In this document: piece after piece, positions 58,696 to 64,000 of the stretch
Layout: every line of letters begins with the position of its first letter
How positions within the stretch are numbered: the stretch's first letter is position 1
Assembly (NCBI GenBank): GCA_963746465.1
Contig: CAVVAY010000013.1
Coordinates: 10,755 to 74,754 of the forward strand
DNA from: an uncultured Actinomycetota bacterium
Lineage (GTDB): Bacteria; Actinomycetota; Actinomycetes; JACCUZ01
Direction: 5' to 3'
Length of the DNA stretch: 64,000 nt
The notes under the pieces: model-generated
Told to the model about the DNA's origin: nothing
What the model saw: only the letters and a program-made list of their open reading frames with translations
The model's database searches: none
Translations under genes and position numbers: made by a program

Positions 58696-59669
58696 TGAGC
58701 ACGCTGCTCCTGGACAACGTGTCCCGATGGTTCGGCAACGTGGTCGCCGTCAACGACGTGACCATGACGATCGGCCCCGGGGTCACCGGGCTGCTCGGTC
58801 CCAACGGCGCCGGCAAGTCCACGCTGATCCACATGATGGGCGGCTTCCTGCCGCCGTCGTCCGGCACGGTGACCCTCGACGGCGAGGTGGTCTGGCGCAA
58901 CGAGGAGATCTACCGCCGGATCGGGCTGGTGCCTGAGCGGGAGGCGATGTACGACGTCGTCAGCGGCTGGGAGTTCGTGCTGGCCAACGCCCGGCTGCAC
59001 CGGCTCGACGACCCGCAGGGCGCCGCCCGGCGGGCCATCGAGACCGTGCACATGACCGACGCGCAGGAGCGCGACATCTCGACGTACTCCAAGGGGATGA
59101 AGCAGCGGATCAAGATGGCGACCGCGCTGGTGCACGACCCGCCGGTCCTGCTGCTGGACGAGCCGTTCAACGGCATGGACCCGCGTCAGCGGCTGCAGCT
59201 GATGGACCTGCTGCAGGCGATGGGCGACGCCGGGCGCACCGTCCTGTTCAGCTCGCACATCCTGGAGGAGGTGGAGCGGATCGCCGGTAACATCCAGGTG
59301 ATGGTCGCCGGCCGGCACGCGGCCTCGGGCGGCTTCCGCGAGATCCGTCAGCTGATGACCGAGCGGCCGCACCAGTACACGATCCGCTCGGACGACGACC
59401 GGGCGCTGGCGGCGGCCATCATCGCCGACCGGAGCGCATCCTCGGTCGAGCTGGTCGCGGCCATAACCGGCGGTCGGCAGGTCAACCGTGGTGGAGCGAC
59501 CGTCGGCACCCGGGACGCGACCAGCGCCCTGCACGTGCAGGCCACCGACTTCGCCAGCTTCGTGCGGGTCCTGCCTCAGCTGGCCAGCCGGCACAACATC
59601 CGTCTCTACGAGGTCTCCCCCGCCGACGAGTCGCTGGAGAGCGTCTTCTCCTACCTGGTGGCGCGATGA
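58695..59669 (+). CDS. Second ABC transporter ATP-binding protein
   Basis: Motifs GPNGAGKST, YSKGMKQR, LLLDEPFNGMD. GTG overlaps the preceding TAG by 1 nt. Confidence 0.8.
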   Translation: MSTLLLDNVSRWFGNVVAVNDVTMTIGPGVTGLLGPNGAGKSTLIHMMGGFLPPSSGTVTLDGEVVWRNEEIYRRIGLVPEREAMYDVVSGWEFVLANARLHRLDDPQGAARRAIETVHMTDAQERDISTYSKGMKQRIKMATALVHDPPVLLLDEPFNGMDPRQRLQLMDLLQAMGDAGRTVLFSSHILEEVERIAGNIQVMVAGRHAASGGFREIRQLMTERPHQYTIRSDDDRALAAAIIADRSASSVELVAAITGGRQVNRGGATVGTRDATSALHVQATDFASFVRVLPQLASRHNIRLYEVSPADESLESVFSYLVAR

Positions 59670-60394
59670 ACGCCACCGTTGCCCAGCTCACCGCCCGCAG
59701 CCTGCTCGGCCGACGCCGTGCCTACCTGCTCCTGGCGCTGTCGCTGATCCTGGTGGTGCTCTCCGCCCTGGTCCGGGGTCTCGCCGGTCAGGACACCGAC
59801 ATCACCGTCGGCATCCTCGGTGGCTTCGCGCTGGCCACGATCGTGCCGCTGCTCGGTCTGATCGCCGGAACCGGTTCGATCGGGCCGGAGATCGACGACG
59901 GGTCGATCGTCTACCTGCTGTCCAAGCCGCTGAGCCGGTTCTCGATCGTGCTGACCAAGGCGGTGGTGGCGGTCGCCGTCATCACGGTGTTCGGGTCGGT
60001 CAGCGTGCTGATCGCGGGCCTGGTCCTGAACGGGACGTCGGACAACCTGGCGATCGGCTATGCGGTGGGCGCGCTGGTCGCCGGCATCGCCTACGGCACG
60101 TTCTTCCTGATGCTCGCGGTGCTGACCCGCCATGCGGTCGTGGTCGGGCTCCTCTACGCGCTGATCTGGGAGACGCTGGTCGGCAGCTACGTGCCCGGCG
60201 CGCAGACGCTGAGCATCCAGCAGTGGTCGCTCGCGATCACCGAGAAGGTCGTCGGCTCGGACGCCGAGCGGCTGGACGTCATCTCGGCCGTCAGCCTCGG
60301 CGCGGCGGTCCCGCTGCTGCTGGTCGTCATCATCGGGTCCACGTGGTACGCCGGCTGGCGGCTGCGAACTCTGCGGCTCACCAGCGACGAGTGA
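59666..60394 (+). CDS. Second ABC-2 type permease
   Basis: 242 aa, 6 TMS. ATGA overlap. Confidence 0.7.
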   Translation: MNATVAQLTARSLLGRRRAYLLLALSLILVVLSALVRGLAGQDTDITVGILGGFALATIVPLLGLIAGTGSIGPEIDDGSIVYLLSKPLSRFSIVLTKAVVAVAVITVFGSVSVLIAGLVLNGTSDNLAIGYAVGALVAGIAYGTFFLMLAVLTRHAVVVGLLYALIWETLVGSYVPGAQTLSIQQWSLAITEKVVGSDAERLDVISAVSLGAAVPLLLVVIIGSTWYAGWRLRTLRLTSDE

Positions 60395-60398
60395 GAGG

Positions 60399-60923
60399 TC
60401 AGAAGCGCCAACGGGTGGCCCCGCCCGGGGTGGCGGCGAGCACCACCGTCGCCTGCCGCGGGGTCAGCCGGTAGACCCGCCACGGCGGCGGCCCGGCGGA
60501 CGGTGCGCTGTACTCCGCGGTCAGGGCGGTTCCGGAACTGTCGACCCGGCACGGCCACCCTCCCGCGGCCCACCGTTGCGCCATCTCCGCCACGACGTCC
60601 GCCTCGTCCACCGCAGCGGCATCGCCTTCCACCGCGAGGTCGAACTCCGCGGTGGACACACCCAGCGTGCACCGGGGGTCCCTCGCCAGGTTCCGCCCCT
60701 TGCGCGTCGTCTCCCCGGTCGTGAAGTAGAAGAGCCCGGCCACCCACTGCGGGCCGAGGCCGGTCAGGTGGGGACTGCCGTCCGGGTTGGTGGTCGCCAG
60801 CCAGCTCCGGTGGTCGGGAGCGTCCGTCCCGGCCAGCCCCTCCGGCCCTGCAAGCCGGCTCTCGACCCGCTGCCAGTCGACCAACGGCAGCCCGTACAGC
60901 TCGGCGAGGTTCGTGGCGTCCAT
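60399..60923 (-). CDS. Pyridoxamine 5'-phosphate oxidase (PPOX)-family / FMN-binding split-barrel protein
   Basis: 174 aa. The RSWLATTNPDGSPHLTGL...LFYFTTGETTRKGRNLARDPR pattern is typical of the PPOX/F420-dependent class. Confidence 0.6.
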   Translation of the reverse strand: MDATNLAELYGLPLVDWQRVESRLAGPEGLAGTDAPDHRSWLATTNPDGSPHLTGLGPQWVAGLFYFTTGETTRKGRNLARDPRCTLGVSTAEFDLAVEGDAAAVDEADVVAEMAQRWAAGGWPCRVDSSGTALTAEYSAPSAGPPPWRVYRLTPRQATVVLAATPGGATRWRF

Positions 60924-60975
60924 GCCCCAGCGAAGCACACTCCCGCGGTCTTGACAGCGTCCGGTAACAGGTGAA

Positions 60976-63072
60976 ATGTGCCGATTCGTGGATGTAAGAC
61001 GACCGCTGGGTCTCCTCGCCGCCCTCGCCGCCCTGGCGGCGCTCCTGCTCACCGGACTGGTCAGCGGCCCGGTCGGCAATGCTGCCGCGCGCCCGAACGT
61101 GACCTACCGGGACAGCGGCGGGGTCATCTCCCTCGAGGTGCGGGCCGGGTCGGGGGCACCGGGGTACACGATCAAGGTCGACCGCGCGCCGTTCGGCATC
61201 GCCACCTGGCGCAACGGGAAGCGCGTGCTGGCGACCGAGTCGAGCACTCCCGCTGCGCTCGAGATCCGCACGGCCGCCGGCTGGGCTGGCACCACCACGG
61301 TGCGGCGCGCGCAGTGGCAGGACGGCGTGCTCGACCTGACCGTCGAGACCACCCAGGCGGCCGAGCCGGCGCACGTCCGGCTGACCCCGACCGCTGATCG
61401 CTATGCACTGCGCCTGTCCGCGGCGGGCGCCAGCCCTGTGCTCAGCACCCGGGTGAACTACGACATGGCGTCCGCGGGCCACTGGTACGGCCACGGCGAG
61501 GCGCAGACCGACGACGGCGCGCCGTACACCGCACAACCCTGGCCGCTCGACGAGTCCCCGATCGAGGACGAGCTCTTCGGACCGGCCTCCTACCTCATGA
61601 TCGACCCGTTCTGGTTCACCCAGTCCGCAGCCGGGCTCTGGTTCGACACGCGTGACGTGATGGCTGTCTCGCTGGGCAGCCGGCAGGCGGGCACGGCAGC
61701 GCTCGAGGTCCAGGACAGCGACAGCTCGACGCACACCGTCTTCGTGGAAGGCACACCTCACGCGGTCTACCAGGACTACGCGGGCATCACCGGCGGCCCG
61801 GACAAGAGCGACGCAACGCCGACGCAGTACCGGATGCCGCTCTGGAACAGCTGGGCCCAGTTCTACACCAGCGTCTCGCAGGACAAGCTGCTCGAGTACG
61901 CCCGCGGGCTGAAGGCGGCGGGAGTGCCTGGTCACACGATCCAGGTCGACGACGGCTGGATGTCCCACTACGGCGACTTCACGTTCAACGACAAGTTCCC
62001 GGCGCCCGCGGAGATGTCGAAGGCGATCCACGACCTCGGCTACGACATGGGCCTCTGGGTGACGCTCTGGATCAACAACGACGCGGACAACTACGCGTTC
62101 GCCCGTGACCACGGGTACCTGCTGCGCAGCAAGGAGGACCCGGCGCAGCCGTGCCAGGTCTCCTGGTGGAACGGCACGGCGGGCATCGTCGACCTGGCGA
62201 ACCCGGATGCGCGGGCCTGGTTCGGTCAGCAGCTTCGAGACCTGGAGAGCCGGTTCGACGTCGACGGCTTCAAGTTCGACACCCGGTTCTTCGACGAGCG
62301 GTGCGCGCCCTACCCCGGCCATGAGCCGCTCGACTACCTCGACCTCGGCGCCACGTTCGCCGACGAGTTCGACCAGCAGGGCGCCGGCGTCCGCATCCAC
62401 TGGACCGGGTCCCAGCGCTACGGGTTCGTGATCCGCCAGGTCGACAAGGGCACGGACTGGGGGTCGTTGCAGGCGGCCGTCGCCCAGGACCTCGCCATCA
62501 GCTCGATCGGCTACCCCTTCGTCGAGACCGACATGATCGGCGGGTCACTGGGCGGGCCGACCCCGAGCAAGCGGCTGCTCGTGCGTTGGGCGCAGGCTGC
62601 CTCGCTGATGCCGCTGATGTACTCCTCGACCTCTCCGGTCGGGCGCACCGACCCCTCCACCGGGGAGCTCGAGGACTACGACCAGGAGACCATCGACCTC
62701 TACACGCGGGCAGTGCAGCGACACGAAGATCTGACGCCGTACATCCGCGACCAGGTCCAGCGCGCGATCGCGAGCGGTGAACCGATCATGAAGCCGCTGT
62801 TCTTCGAGTTCCCTGGGGACGACGCCGGCTACAGCATCGACGACGAATGGCTGCTCGGCGACTCGTTGCTCGCCGCGCCGCTGGTCACCGACGCGCAGAG
62901 CCGCCGCGTGCACATCCCACCGGGCCGGTGGTTCGACGTGACCCGGTCACGGGTGGTGGTGGGGCCGACGACCCTGCCGCGCTACTCGGCCGGCCTGGGC
63001 GAGACGCCGGTGTTCGTCCGGCTCGGCCGGCCCGACACGGGTGCCCTGATGCACGCCGTCGCTCACTGGTAG
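60976..63072 (+). CDS. Secreted glycoside hydrolase family 31 (alpha-glucosidase/alpha-xylosidase-like)
   Basis: Signal peptide LLAALAALAALLLTG. Catalytic region HTIQVDDGWM and WINNDAD (GH31 nucleophile/acid-base context). Confidence 0.8.
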   Translation: MCRFVDVRRPLGLLAALAALAALLLTGLVSGPVGNAAARPNVTYRDSGGVISLEVRAGSGAPGYTIKVDRAPFGIATWRNGKRVLATESSTPAALEIRTAAGWAGTTTVRRAQWQDGVLDLTVETTQAAEPAHVRLTPTADRYALRLSAAGASPVLSTRVNYDMASAGHWYGHGEAQTDDGAPYTAQPWPLDESPIEDELFGPASYLMIDPFWFTQSAAGLWFDTRDVMAVSLGSRQAGTAALEVQDSDSSTHTVFVEGTPHAVYQDYAGITGGPDKSDATPTQYRMPLWNSWAQFYTSVSQDKLLEYARGLKAAGVPGHTIQVDDGWMSHYGDFTFNDKFPAPAEMSKAIHDLGYDMGLWVTLWINNDADNYAFARDHGYLLRSKEDPAQPCQVSWWNGTAGIVDLANPDARAWFGQQLRDLESRFDVDGFKFDTRFFDERCAPYPGHEPLDYLDLGATFADEFDQQGAGVRIHWTGSQRYGFVIRQVDKGTDWGSLQAAVAQDLAISSIGYPFVETDMIGGSLGGPTPSKRLLVRWAQAASLMPLMYSSTSPVGRTDPSTGELEDYDQETIDLYTRAVQRHEDLTPYIRDQVQRAIASGEPIMKPLFFEFPGDDAGYSIDDEWLLGDSLLAAPLVTDAQSRRVHIPPGRWFDVTRSRVVVGPTTLPRYSAGLGETPVFVRLGRPDTGALMHAVAHW

Positions 63073-63101
63073 GACACAACACGGACCAACGGAGGTCTGC
63101 C

Positions 63102-64000
63102 GTGAACTCATCACCTGTCCACCCCGGACTGCGCGGTCGGGCTGTCGCGGCCCTCGCCGTGCTGGCCCTGACGGCTACCCTCACCGGCATGTCCACGGCC
63201 GGTGCCGCAGGTGCGGCGACGACGACTGGCGTGGTGCCGAAGCCGGTCTCGGTCGACGCACGGCCCGGCGCGCCGTTCACGCTGACCCCTGCCTCGCGAA
63301 TCCTGGTGCCGTCACGCTCGGCGGCGGCGGAGTCTGCCGCGACGGCGCTGGCCGCAGTCCTGCGCCCCTCGACCGGGTACCCGCTGCCCATCGTCGCCGA
63401 CGACCGGTCCGCTGGCCACGACGTTCGGCTCGAGGTCGGTGGCGCCCGAGGCCTCGGTGCGGAGGGGTACCGGCTCAAGGTCGCCGCCGGTGAGGTGGTC
63501 CTGACCGGCCGGAACGCTGCCGGGCTCTTCTACGCCGTGCAGACCCTGCGGCAGCTGCTGCCGCCACGCGTGGAGGCGAGCACCGTCCAGGACGGTCCGT
63601 GGACCATCGCCGGCGTGCGGATCACCGACCACCCTCGATTCGCCTGGCGCGGGGCGATGCTCGACGTGGCGCGGCACTTCTTCAGCGTCGCTGAGGTCGA
63701 GCGCTACATCGACCTGCTCGCGATGTACAAGGTCAACGTGCTGCACCTGCACCTCGCCGACGACCAGGGCTGGCGGATCGAGATCGACAGCTGGCCCCGG
63801 CTGGCCACCCACGGCGGCAGCACGGAGGTCGGCGGCGGCCCGGGTGGCTACTACACCAAGGAGCAGTACGCCGCGCTGGTGCGGTACGCCCAGGACCGGC
63901 ACATCATGGTGGTGCCCGAGATCGACATGCCGGGCCACACGAACGCCGCCCTCGCGTCGTACGCCGAGCTGAACTGCGACGGCGTCGCACCGCCGCTGTA
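63102..64000 (+). CDS. Secreted beta-N-acetylhexosaminidase (GH20), 3'-truncated by window edge
   Basis: GTG 63102 follows a GGAGG SD. Signal peptide present. Motifs HPRFAWRGAMLDVARHFF, HLHLADDQGWRIEI, DMPGH. The gene runs off the window end and is absent from the supplied ORF track. Confidence 0.8.
   Translation, partial: MNSSPVHPGLRGRAVAALAVLALTATLTGMSTAGAAGAATTTGVVPKPVSVDARPGAPFTLTPASRILVPSRSAAAESAATALAAVLRPSTGYPLPIVADDRSAGHDVRLEVGGARGLGAEGYRLKVAAGEVVLTGRNAAGLFYAVQTLRQLLPPRVEASTVQDGPWTIAGVRITDHPRFAWRGAMLDVARHFFSVAEVERYIDLLAMYKVNVLHLHLADDQGWRIEIDSWPRLATHGGSTEVGGGPGGYYTKEQYAALVRYAQDRHIMVVPEIDMPGHTNAALASYAELNCDGVAPPL

Noticed and set aside
1-64000. Search for tRNA/rRNA, CRISPR repeats, IS/transposase or integrase genes, prophage or defence systems
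   Set aside because: None found. Coding density leaves no gap above 320 bp. No transposase, integrase or RM/Abi-like ORFs were recognised. No regularly spaced direct repeats.

Overview
This is a high-GC (about 70%) actinobacterial chromosomal segment, densely packed with about 55 genes and almost no non-coding space. No rRNA, tRNA, CRISPR array, IS element or integrase was found. Most of the window is catabolic.

- **Arabinose block (12.6-21.9 kb):** a minus-strand L-arabinose regulon: LacI-type AraR, araB-araD-araA, and a ChvE/GguAB-like sugar ABC importer. Three copies of a 14-16 bp AraR-type operator are present.
- **Purine block (30.6-41.1 kb):** a complete minus-strand purine-to-ureidoglycolate operon: a CoxM/S/L-type xanthine dehydrogenase with an embedded guanine-deaminase-like amidohydrolase, allantoinase, allantoicase, a CitE/HpcH-like::OHCU-decarboxylase fusion, HIU hydrolase and uricase.
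- **Glyoxylate/glycolate block (42.2-51.0 kb):** a plus-strand operon: glycerate kinase, malate synthase, glcDEF and a lactate/glycolate permease.

The rest is regulators (a SARP+NB-ARC+TPR+LuxR giant, LacI, MarR, PaiB), redox enzymes, an MFS pump, a four-gene ABC-2 exporter-like cluster and secreted GH31/GH20 glycosidases.

The least housekeeping-like element is at the 5' edge (121-1867). It is a three-gene, translationally coupled module encoding a WXG-type (type VII secretion-like) polymorphic toxin with a pre-toxin TG domain and an unassignable roughly 110-aa C-terminal toxin domain. A small EspC-like protein precedes it and a putative immunity gene follows it.

Other notable items: a perfect 44-bp AT-rich palindrome between xdh and allantoinase, dispersed partner-switching parts (MEDS-HATPase, lone HATPase, STAS), and an intercistronic hairpin in the sugar ABC operon.

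All assignments rest on reading motifs in the supplied translations; no database search was run. Coordinates I derived myself may be off by 1 nt.
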